From positions 43,529-75,528 of the forward strand of contig CAYYXT010000005.1 of the NCBI GenBank assembly GCA_964475825.1: 32,000 nucleotides of DNA, read 5' to 3'. Below are positions 18,491 through 25,754 of the stretch, one piece after another. Position 1 is the first letter of the stretch, and the number at the start of each line of letters is the position of its first letter. A model generated the notes under the pieces. It had not been told where the DNA came from. It saw only the letters and a list, made by a program, of their open reading frames with translations, and ran no database searches. The position numbers were made by a program, and so were the translations under genes. Source of the stretch: an uncultured Nitrosopumilaceae archaeon. GTDB taxonomy: Archaea > Thermoproteota > Nitrososphaeria > Nitrososphaerales > Nitrosopumilaceae.

Positions 18491-18883
18491 ATGCCAGCAC
18501 AGAATGTTTTAGCAAATCTATTTGTCACATTATATAATAATGAAGCCAGAAGAAAAAGCGAGTGTATTATTCTTCCAACTTCAAAATTAGGTATTGAAGT
18601 TCTAAAAACACTTCAAAAAGATGGATACATTGGAGAGTTTGAACATATCGATGATAAAAGAGGCGGAAAATTCAAAATAAAATTATTAGCAAAAATTACA
18701 AAATGCGGTGCAATTTCACCAAGATTCAAAGTAAAAAATGAAGAATATAATGATTGGGAGCAGCAATATCTGCCAGCATATAACAGAGGAATGTTGCTAG
18801 TAACAACAAACCAAGGTGTTATGTCACATCATGAAGCTGTAAACAGAGGAGTGGGAGGATTTTTGATAGGATATGTCTACTGA
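18491..18883 (+). CDS. rps8: 30S ribosomal protein S8 (uS8)
   Basis: LANLFVTLYNNE and GYIGEFE motifs. The ORF opens at a GTG at 18482. The ATG at 18491 is preferred. Confidence 0.95.
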   Translation: MPAQNVLANLFVTLYNNEARRKSECIILPTSKLGIEVLKTLQKDGYIGEFEHIDDKRGGKFKIKLLAKITKCGAISPRFKVKNEEYNDWEQQYLPAYNRGMLLVTTNQGVMSHHEAVNRGVGGFLIGYVY

Positions 18884-19430
18884 GCAAATCGAAAAATTCC
18901 AAGAGATATTGGAAATTCCTAAAGGAGTAAATGTCACATTAAAGAAACGTATGCTACATTTTCAAGGCCCATTAGGTAAAACATACAAAAATTTTAGATA
19001 CATACCAGTCAACATAGAAGTCAAAGATGGAAAAATAATACTCAAATCACAAGGTTATAGAAAAAGAGATTATTCAATACTGCACACTGCAAGATCAATT
19101 ATCAGAAATATTTGTGAAGGTCTAATTACAGGATATACAATTAAAATGAAAATAGTATTTGCGCACTTTCCAATTACTGTGAAGGTTCAAGACAAAACTA
19201 TTTTGATTGAAAATTTCCAGGGGGAGAGATCAGCAAGAATTACAAGAATCATTGGAAATACCAAAGTAGTTCCAAAAGGTGAGGATGTGATTTTAACAGG
19301 TGAAGTTTGGAATGACATCACACAAACTGCAGCAAATATAGAACTACGCAGTAAAGTAAAAGATAAAGATCATAGAGTTTTCTTAGATGGTGTCTATGCC
19401 TATGAAAAGAAAAAAGGAATAGAAAAATAA
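18873..19430 (+). CDS. rpl6: 50S ribosomal protein L6 (uL6)
   Basis: Two-domain uL6 pattern. It overlaps the S8 3' end by 11 nt and is the last ribosomal gene of the cluster here. Confidence 0.95.
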   Translation: MSTEQIEKFQEILEIPKGVNVTLKKRMLHFQGPLGKTYKNFRYIPVNIEVKDGKIILKSQGYRKRDYSILHTARSIIRNICEGLITGYTIKMKIVFAHFPITVKVQDKTILIENFQGERSARITRIIGNTKVVPKGEDVILTGEVWNDITQTAANIELRSKVKDKDHRVFLDGVYAYEKKKGIEK

Positions 19431-19432
19431 TA

Positions 19433-19446
19433 TTTTTTTAATTTTT
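19433..19446 (+). terminator. Oligo-T tracts (T7 then T5) immediately after rpl6
   Basis: TATTTTTTTAATTTTTG starts 3 nt after the L6 stop. Archaeal RNAP terminates at oligo-dT. Confidence 0.4.
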
Positions 19447-19457
19447 GATTATACCAT

Positions 19458-19745
19458 ATGACGCTTGATTCTGAATTTTCAAAACAAACATCATCACTTA
19501 TTGAACAGACACTGGAATTATACAAGAGTGCTGGTGCATCACCCAGAGTAGGCCAATTATGGAATTGCCAAAATGTTGGTGATTTTCTTTGTGGTTTTTT
19601 TGTAGGTGAAATGGTTGGTTCTGCTTTAAGTGCATTTCAAATTGTTCATAAACGTGAACCAACCGCAGAAGAACATATGAAGATAATTGAACTAGTAGAA
19701 AGTTATTCCAAAGAGATCAAAGAATTCTTTGCTAAATTCAACTAA
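19458..19745 (+). CDS. Hypothetical 95-aa protein
   Basis: Clean ATG ORF. No family recognised. Confidence 0.5.
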   Translation: MTLDSEFSKQTSSLIEQTLELYKSAGASPRVGQLWNCQNVGDFLCGFFVGEMVGSALSAFQIVHKREPTAEEHMKIIELVESYSKEIKEFFAKFN

Positions 19746-19816
19746 CAATATTCAGAGTTTGGCCTAAATCCAATAGGCGCAAGGATTAAATCGCTTTTAC
19801 TAAGGTACAAACTTGT

Positions 19817-19890
19817 GCCTCCCTAGCTCAGCGTGGTAGAGCATCCGACTGTTAATCGGATGGTCATCAGTTCAAGTCTGATGGGAGGCG
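19817..19890 (+). tRNA. tRNA-Asn (anticodon GTT), no intron, CCA not encoded
   Basis: Cloverleaf folded by hand. Acceptor GCCTCCC/GGGAGGC, D-stem GCTC/GAGC, anticodon stem TCCGA/TCGGA with loop CTGTTAA, T-stem ATCAG/CTGAT with loop TTCAAGT. Confidence 0.9.
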
Positions 19891-19893
19891 CTC

Positions 19894-19923
19894 TTTATTT
19901 CTAATCTCGAATTTTGCAACATT
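19894..19923. repeat. Degenerate copy (23/30) of the 30-bp palindromic element, 4 nt after the tRNA 3' end
   Basis: TTTATTTCTAATCTCGAATTTTGCAACATT aligned on the central NTCGAA against copy 19966-19995. Confidence 0.4.
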
Positions 19924-19965
19924 AGTTTCCAATCACATAGTTCCAGATAGAACGTATCTAAAAGG

Positions 19966-19995
19966 AATATTTCTAAATTCGAATTTAGAAATATT
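19966..19995. repeat. 30-bp perfect palindrome AATATTTCTAAATTCGAATTTAGAAATATT
   Basis: The sequence equals its own reverse complement over 30 bp. It is intergenic. Confidence 0.9.
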
Positions 19996-20082
19996 GATCG
20001 ATTGAAACAATTTAGTTTACTCTATTAGACTTGATAGATCTAATAGATGATCGCATATTAACAATAATGCAGGAGGTTTACA

Positions 20083-20322
20083 TTGGTCAGAACTAGAAGG
20101 GCCAACAGATATTGTGTTGATTGTGGGTCAAGATTAGTGTATTACCCTAGACTATCCAATCCAAAAGCACCAAATGAACATAGGGTTTTAGTCTATGCGT
20201 GTCCGGATTGCACAGAAGACTTTGAAAAACCAAAGATGTTTTCAATTAGACGAAACCAAGTAGACGATCCGCTTGAAACCGTTGAAATAGAGATAACTCA
20301 AAACCAGAAAAAAACTAATTAA
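20083..20322 (+). CDS. Small zinc-ribbon protein (CxxC-24-CxxC), 79 aa
   Basis: CVDC and CPDC pairs. TTG start; no in-frame ATG nearby. Confidence 0.45.
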   Translation: MVRTRRANRYCVDCGSRLVYYPRLSNPKAPNEHRVLVYACPDCTEDFEKPKMFSIRRNQVDDPLETVEIEITQNQKKTN

Positions 20323-20366
20323 AAAGGAATGAATTTTATGGGTTCATTAACCAAATAGAAATCAAA

Positions 20367-20591
20367 ATGGAACATGTGAAATCTAGAAGCAGTATGTGGT
20401 ATCTTTTACCAATATTTGTAGGATTGATTGGAGGTGTTATAGCATATTGGATTTTAAGACATGATGATCCAAAGAAAGCAAAAAAATGTTTGTACATAGG
20501 GATTGCTTTAGCGATAGTTGGAATTGTTATCAATATTTTGATTGTGACACAGATTACAGATTTAGCGCCAGATTTCAATGTAAATGTCTAA
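20367..20591 (+). CDS. Small two-TM membrane protein, 74 aa
   Basis: WYLLPIFVGLIGGVIAYWILRHDDPKKAKK followed by a second hydrophobic helix. Confidence 0.55.
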   Translation: MEHVKSRSSMWYLLPIFVGLIGGVIAYWILRHDDPKKAKKCLYIGIALAIVGIVINILIVTQITDLAPDFNVNV

Positions 20592-20633
20592 AAACAAGGC
20601 ACCAAAATATGTTGCAAATAGGCATAGTTTTAA

Positions 20634-20663
20634 ATTATTTCTTAATTCGAATTTAGAAATATT
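20634..20663. repeat. Second copy (28/30) of the 30-bp palindromic element
   Basis: ATTATTTCTTAATTCGAATTTAGAAATATT. It is intergenic, between 20591 and 20728. Confidence 0.85.
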
Positions 20664-20727
20664 TGAAATTAATAGTGTAACACACATGAAATTTAGAATC
20701 ATATAGGCCTGAAAAGAACACATCAAT

Positions 20728-21177
20728 ATGACTAGTTCCAAAATGAAAGACAATGTAGAAAGATGGTTAATACATGAGAGTCATTCATTTGAATCAATTA
20801 AAAACCCTGAAAATAGTTTCCAGATCCTAGTAAAACATGCAGGCCCATATGGAATTCCTGTTGAAATATTTGAACCAAAATCACAACCAGGAGTTATTGT
20901 AATAGGTACCAATGTAATAATGAAAAATAATCAAATTGCAAGATATTTGGGATTCAATGATGAGGAAAAAGCCAAGTTTGAGAAAAAAATAGTAGATTTT
21001 TGTAATTCAATACAAGCAATTAATCGAGCAATCACAGAAGATGGTAAGAAAAAGGTAGGGGTTTTTGTAGTATTAGATGACAAAGAAAACATAAACCAAC
21101 AGACGGTTTTTGATGCAATTGACAGAGTGTCTGAAATGCATGAAAAAACTTCACGCTTTTTGATGAAAACATTCTAA
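20728..21177 (+). CDS. Hypothetical protein, possibly DUF2299 family (archaeal)
   Basis: Size and pattern (VERWL, F, P, DD, AIDRV) recall DUF2299. This is from memory only. Confidence 0.45.
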   Translation: MTSSKMKDNVERWLIHESHSFESIKNPENSFQILVKHAGPYGIPVEIFEPKSQPGVIVIGTNVIMKNNQIARYLGFNDEEKAKFEKKIVDFCNSIQAINRAITEDGKKKVGVFVVLDDKENINQQTVFDAIDRVSEMHEKTSRFLMKTF

Positions 21178-21548
21178 AAAGTAGATAATTTATCGGTTCC
21201 ATCTAGACAATGTATTCAAATATTATCGTCATGGTAAAGGAAAATAAGAGCTAAATGCAGAAAACATTAGGAGTTCTGTCATTTGAGGTGCCAGATAGAC
21301 CAGACTCATCTTTAGTATCAACTGAATTTTGTGTGTGTTGTTTATACAGTGAATTATTAGGAAAAAGATCATCAAATAACCATGGATTTATCATCAATGT
21401 TCAATATGGATTCAATCATGAATGTCGCAACAGAGGTTACAGACAAAATGATGTCTAGCACTATGAATTTAGTCGATGAACTGATATCATCGGTTATGTT
21501 ATCTTAATTAAATTCTGTAAAACCTGAAAATAATGATTGTTTTTTATA

Positions 21549-21787
21549 AAAACCACGCCATCATTCCAGAATGAACAGAAAGATAGTTTTTTGAAAACTA
21601 GTCATAAAAGCTAAACCCCCCCTTAATTTTCCATTAAATAGACACAATGCCATATTATCAAAACCATTCATTTTTTGGAGGGGTTTAACACTTGTGCCTA
21701 CCTAGGAAAGGCAATCACAAAACCACCCAGATGTTCCAGCTAAACGTGTGTGATGTTTTTTATCTAGGCATGAAAGCTAATCCCCTC
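21549..21787. repeat. Degenerate direct duplication with a 170-bp period inside a non-coding gap
   Basis: AAAACCACGCCATCATTCCAG (21549-21569) matches AAAACCACCCAGATGTTCCAG (21719-21739). GATAGTTTTTTGAAAACTAGTCATAAAAGCTAAACCCC (21582-) matches GATGTTTTTTATCTAGGCATGAAAGCTAATCCCC (21752-). Both pairs are offset by exactly 170 bp. Confidence 0.6.
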
Positions 21788-22124
21788 TAAAATAAAGAAA
21801 AAATAGAGAAAAAAATGAAATTTATGATTTAAGATAGAATCACTGGGATGTCAAGATAGATAATTCTGGGTGTTTTGAACAATATCATTTAGCGACTAAT
21901 AGAGATGTAAATATCGGAGGAACTGCAATAATTCCAAAAATTGCTGCAGTTTTGAACGTCTTTTTTTTCTAATGGCTTGAATTTACCCCTACCCATCCAT
22001 TTTTGGTTATTTTTAATTCATTTGGTAAATTTTCAGAAAATTCAGTGCTGAACGATATTAATTACTAGGGGTATTTTTCCCATTTTACGCTTCAACTATA
22101 TACCAAATTTTTCCAGATCCTCTC

Positions 22125-22610
22125 ATGACACGAATTGGGGTAGTCATTGTGATTGGAGCAATTGTAATTTCAATGGCAGCTGCAATGTACATGTACACCC
22201 AATATCAGACAAATTTTATCATTGTAAAGGCAGGAGAGTCAGTAGTTGTGGGGCCTGTAGAATACACGATAACATTTGATGGAATTCATAAAGGAAACAA
22301 AGAGACAATACCAGCAAATACATTTGTAAAAATCAGAATAATTGCAAAAAATATCAGCGAGGAAAAAACTAGGATCTCAGGAGGTCAATTTTACCTAATT
22401 GACGAAAAACAACAAAAACATCAATCAGTATATGGTGGATTTTCTACAGAAGATCTGTTGGATGACTGGTTAGAACCAAACAAGCCAGTAATGTTGACTA
22501 CGCAGTTTGATGTTCCATATGACGAACAGAAACAATACACCATCATAATTCGTCCATCAAAACAACAATCATCCGTTGATATAGCATTAATTTGTATTAC
22601 TAATTGTTGA
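22125..22610 (+). CDS. Membrane-anchored hypothetical protein, possibly a DUF4352-type beta-sandwich domain
   Basis: N-terminal TM helix then a beta-rich domain (VKIRIIAKNISEEKTRISGGQFYLIDEKQQKH). The family call is tentative. Confidence 0.4.
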   Translation: MTRIGVVIVIGAIVISMAAAMYMYTQYQTNFIIVKAGESVVVGPVEYTITFDGIHKGNKETIPANTFVKIRIIAKNISEEKTRISGGQFYLIDEKQQKHQSVYGGFSTEDLLDDWLEPNKPVMLTTQFDVPYDEQKQYTIIIRPSKQQSSVDIALICITNC

Positions 22611-22701
22611 TCGCAAAAAAATTATTGTCAAATTTTACTAGCGTTGAGGCAACTATGTGTGACTTTACCCATATAACCGCAATGATAAAAGTAAACTAGG
22701 C

Positions 22702-22959
22702 ATGGCAATATCCAAAGCCAAAAGAGCAGAAGCAGCTAAAAAAGCCGTACGTACAAGAAAAAGAAATGCGGCAAATAAAGCAGCAGAAGCAGCTAAAATG
22801 GCAGCGAGAAGAAAACGAAGTAGAGCTGCAAAAAAAGCAGCAGCAACTCGCAAGAGAACAATGAAGAGAGCAGCTCCAAAAAGAAAAGCAGCAAAAAGAA
22901 AGTCTGCAACTAAAAGAGCAGCTCCAAAAAGAAAAGCAGCGACAAGACGAAGACGTTAA
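22702..22959 (+). CDS. Extremely basic Ala/Lys/Arg-rich low-complexity protein (85 aa), histone-H1-tail-like
   Basis: Nearly all residues are A, K or R, with no aromatic residues. The 26-nt string AGAGCAGCTCCAAAAAGAAAAGCAGC occurs twice (about 22866 and about 22914), encoding KRAAPKRKAA twice. Local GC is elevated. Confidence 0.6.
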   Translation: MAISKAKRAEAAKKAVRTRKRNAANKAAEAAKMAARRKRSRAAKKAAATRKRTMKRAAPKRKAAKRKSATKRAAPKRKAATRRRR

Positions 22960-23005
22960 ACTGCTTTCATTACCTTTTTTCCATTTTATTTTAGTAACAT
23001 AATAA

Positions 23006-23035
23006 AATGTTTCTAAATTCGAATTTAGAAATAGT
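23006..23035. repeat. Third copy (28/30) of the 30-bp palindromic element, between convergent gene ends
   Basis: AATGTTTCTAAATTCGAATTTAGAAATAGT. The 22-bp core 23010-23031 is a perfect palindrome. Confidence 0.85.
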
Positions 23036-23041
23036 TATGTT

Positions 23042-23452
23042 TTAGTCATCGCTTATTTTTAATTCAGGCATAACAAAAACACATTCTGGTTTTATTTTAA
23101 GAATTATTCTTTTCTCATTCTCTCTTTTAAATGGATAGTTTTTTTGTCCCATGTATCGCTGTGTTAATTTGTCTGCATGTATGTAATCATAATCAGGAAT
23201 TATTTCTTCAACTGTTCCTCGAATTGTTGTCATATCAAGTGGATTATCATTGGAGACAACAGAAACTGCAACACGAGGATCACGTAAGATGTTTTTATGC
23301 TTAATTCTACCTTCGGCAGTATTTACTAAGATATATCCAGAATCATAGCTGGCCCAAACTGGTGAAAGTTGTGGAGCGCCATCCTTCATGAGAGTTGCAA
23401 TAAAAACAATGTTTTTTTGCTGAAATAATTTTATTGTCTTTTCTTCCAACAT
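23042..23452 (-). CDS. Pyridoxamine 5'-phosphate oxidase family (PPOX-class FMN/F420-binding split-barrel) protein
   Basis: Typical pattern (IVFIATLMKDGAPQLSPVW, NTAEGRIKHKNILRDPRVAVSV, IRGTVEEI). Confidence 0.7.
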   Translation of the reverse strand: MLEEKTIKLFQQKNIVFIATLMKDGAPQLSPVWASYDSGYILVNTAEGRIKHKNILRDPRVAVSVVSNDNPLDMTTIRGTVEEIIPDYDYIHADKLTQRYMGQKNYPFKRENEKRIILKIKPECVFVMPELKISDD

Positions 23453-23532
23453 TCATCACACTTCCAAATATTCTTTATCTGAAGCCATTTTCAATGCTTT
23501 TGATTGACTGTTTTTCATATTATTGAAAAACA

Positions 23533-24066
23533 CTAGTCAGATTTGATCGATTCATGTTTTTTACCTGAATTCTCCATGATATTCGTCATGGCACGGTTCA
23601 TAATTTCCATTACCAAGTATTGAGAATAGTCTTTAGAGTTTTCTCCTTTAGTTTTTTTTGCTTTTGTTGTTTTTGGAGTAAGGCTTCTTAGAATTTTTTC
23701 GATTTTTACAGATGTACTATCAATGACTTTAGAATATTTCGAATCAAAATCATCAGGTGCGGCATACCCGAGTAATTTTGTAGATGTGCTGTAAAATTTA
23801 GTGATGGCACCACGGGATTCTTCAATTTTGGCAATTTCAATTAGGCCAGATTCTTTTAAAATATCAAGATGATGTCTAACAGTAGTCAAGGCTTTTTTGT
23901 ATCCTGTTTTTTTTAGCTCATTTGAAATCTGGTCTGCAGATAATGCACGATGATATAGGATTTCAATAATTTTTGATCGTGCAGGGTCTTCAATTGCACG
24001 TGCGTGTTTAACGCTTGTCGTAAGAATACGATTTACTTTGATTTCTTTTTCTAACAATGTAGACAT
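23533..24066 (-). CDS. ArsR-type winged-helix transcriptional regulator with a C-terminal extension
   Basis: HTH block (ARAIEDPARSKIIEIL, LSADQISNELK, TVRHHLDILKESGLIE). Confidence 0.7.
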   Translation of the reverse strand: MSTLLEKEIKVNRILTTSVKHARAIEDPARSKIIEILYHRALSADQISNELKKTGYKKALTTVRHHLDILKESGLIEIAKIEESRGAITKFYSTSTKLLGYAAPDDFDSKYSKVIDSTSVKIEKILRSLTPKTTKAKKTKGENSKDYSQYLVMEIMNRAMTNIMENSGKKHESIKSD

Positions 24067-24222
24067 GCTGATAATTGCTTTAATTCTGATCTAAAAGATC
24101 CTCGTATCATATTTTTTTGTCTAATCGCATCAATTTTTTTTTGTTATAATAATAGTGAGACCAATATTAAAAAGACACTCACCGCTATTAAAAATATTGT
24201 AACATAACCATAATTATTATTA

Positions 24223-24282
24223 CCACTATCATAAATATAATATCACTATCATAAATATAACACCACTATCATAAATATTGTA
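24223..24282. repeat. Three tandem 20-bp direct repeats (CCACTATCATAAATATAATA-like)
   Basis: Units at 24223-24242, 24243-24262 and 24263-24282 share the 16-nt core CACTATCATAAATAT(A/T). AAATATTGTAACAT also occurs at 24192-24205 and 24274-24287. Confidence 0.85.
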
Positions 24283-24463
24283 ACATTACAAAATATTATG
24301 AAAAAGTAACAAAAATAAACAAATATGAAAAGACATGGCACCATATGGAGGTAAATATCGTAATAAGACGTATTAGAAAATAAATCAAAAATAAAATTCG
24401 AGTTGAACGTTAGATTCTAGTCAACACCTAGTCATGACAAAAAGAATTGAAAAAATATTACAA

Positions 24464-25297
24464 CTACAGAGAATGCCCTGTTAGTTTTTCATATGCAGTG
24501 ACATATCGATTTGTCATTTTCTGAATTATTTCTTGAGGGATTGTAGGTGCTATAGGTTCTTTTCCTGCATCTCGTGCATCATCAAATTGTTTTTGATATC
24601 CATGTTCGATTAGCCAATCACGTAAAATTTGTTTGTCAAATGCCTCTTGGGTTTTACCAACCTCGTAGGAATCCTTTGGCCATAATCGATATTCATCAGG
24701 GCCAATAGAATCACCCAAGGTAATGTTGCCATCTAAAATTCCAAATTCGAGTTTCAAATCAGCTAAAATGAATCCTGCCTTGGCTGCAATATCAGACATC
24801 ATTTTGTAGATATCAATGGATGTTTTTTCTAACCATACATATTGCTCTTCAGTAACCAGTTTCATCTCTAGAGCTTTTGTTTTATCAATTGGGATATCAT
24901 GTTCTGATTTTGTAGTAGGATCAAAGATCGGTTCGGGAAGCTTTGCAGCTAGTGTGGTATTAGAGAGGGTAGGGATTTTTATTTCACCTTTTTTCCATCT
25001 CCCTACCAAACTACCATAAAAATAACCGCGAACCACGCATTCGATTGGCAGCATCTTCATTTTTTTTACCACAATTTCAATATTAGATTGTCTTTTTACA
25101 AAATGGTTCGAAACTGGTAGTTGATTAAACCAAAATTCAGCAAATTTACACAAAACCTCTCCCTTTTTAGGTATATTTTCTTTGAATTTTACATCAAATG
25201 CAGATACTCTGTCGGAGAATTTGAAAAGTAAGGTCTCATCATCAAGAGAATACAGATCCTTTACTTTTCCAGAAGCAATAAACTTCAAACAAACCAC
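24464..25297 (-). CDS. purC: Phosphoribosylaminoimidazole-succinocarboxamide (SAICAR) synthase
   Basis: [15 protein letters not shown] and LADLKLEFG motifs. Confidence 0.9.
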   Translation of the reverse strand: MVCLKFIASGKVKDLYSLDDETLLFKFSDRVSAFDVKFKENIPKKGEVLCKFAEFWFNQLPVSNHFVKRQSNIEIVVKKMKMLPIECVVRGYFYGSLVGRWKKGEIKIPTLSNTTLAAKLPEPIFDPTTKSEHDIPIDKTKALEMKLVTEEQYVWLEKTSIDIYKMMSDIAAKAGFILADLKLEFGILDGNITLGDSIGPDEYRLWPKDSYEVGKTQEAFDKQILRDWLIEHGYQKQFDDARDAGKEPIAPTIPQEIIQKMTNRYVTAYEKLTGHSL

Positions 25298-25332
25298 CTT
25301 GTTTTCAATATGATTTAACTGCTCTGAAAAAT

Positions 25333-25719
25333 CTATGAGCCCATCATACCAATCATCTTGGGAGGAGTACGATATGCCTTGTTTACAAAAATATCATTAT
25401 CGGCAGTAATCATTACAAATTGCATGGAATTGTCAGGCGGGGGAGAAACAAGAATTTTATCACCGGGTTTTATCGATGCAATATCCAAAATATCCCCGTC
25501 GCCAAAATTGATGTGAACGTTAGTCAAAGGTTTTGCTCCGATGTTTTGTATACTCACTCTTCCAGTTACAAAGAGATTTTGGTTATCAACAATAGGATCA
25601 ACAAAGATATCATAGTCTTGAACGGATATGGACATTTTTAGAATATCAAGGCCAAATACAATACTCATCAATGTAATCACACCAACAGCAATTGCAATTA
25701 AAATTGTGTAGTTATTCAC
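25333..25719 (-). CDS. Hypothetical membrane-anchored beta-rich protein, 128 aa
   Basis: N-terminal TM helix. No family recognised. Confidence 0.5.
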   Translation of the reverse strand: MNNYTILIAIAVGVITLMSIVFGLDILKMSISVQDYDIFVDPIVDNQNLFVTGRVSIQNIGAKPLTNVHINFGDGDILDIASIKPGDKILVSPPPDNSMQFVMITADNDIFVNKAYRTPPKMIGMMGS

Positions 25720-25754
25720 CTAAGATACAATGTTTTTCTAATAATTAAGAATGA

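Noticed and set aside
20336-20753. Minus-strand ORFs 20336-20578 and 20562-20753
   Set aside because: The first is antisense to a plausible two-TM protein gene. The second spans an intergenic palindrome and the start of the next gene, and has an implausible composition.
21445-21492. C/D-box sRNA-like motifs (AATGATGT, CGATGA, CTGA)
   Set aside because: Box spacing is wrong: there is no guide segment between the C'-like and D boxes, no terminal stem, and the C box is imperfect.
21255-21507. 67-aa ORF (21255-21458) and an overlapping 41-aa Met/Ser-rich ORF (21382-21507)
   Set aside because: Neither has convincing protein-like composition or motifs, and they overlap in different frames. They are treated as part of the non-coding gap, although a small acidic peptide cannot be excluded.
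21696-21771. Possible tRNA pseudogene beginning with GCCTACCTAG (10-nt similarity to the tRNA-Asn 5' end) and 5-bp terminal pairing over ~76 nt
   Set aside because: No D, anticodon or T arms can be folded, and there is no similarity to the tRNA beyond the first 10 nt. It is kept only as an att-like repeat hypothesis.
21886-21966. Minus-strand frame KKKTFKTAAIFGIIAVPPIFTSLLVAK resembling the TM micro-ORFs
   Set aside because: There is no ATG, GTG or TTG start between the upstream stop and the hydrophobic segment. At best it is a decayed relic.
22665-22853. 62-aa Ala/Leu/Phe-rich ORF antisense to the basic protein gene
   Set aside because: It is the reverse-complement artefact of GCN/AAR repeats. 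The plus-strand frame has an ATG, promoter-like upstream sequence and T-tract terminator, so that frame is preferred.
24223-24282. The tandem repeats as a CRISPR array
   Set aside because: The repeats are directly abutting 20-bp units with no spacers, there are only three copies, and no cas genes are present.
24067-24463. AT-rich spacer with direct repeats as a replication origin
   Set aside because: There is no adjacent orc1/cdc6 gene, no inverted ORB-like pairs flanking an unwinding element, and the size and composition are similar to other intergenic regions here.
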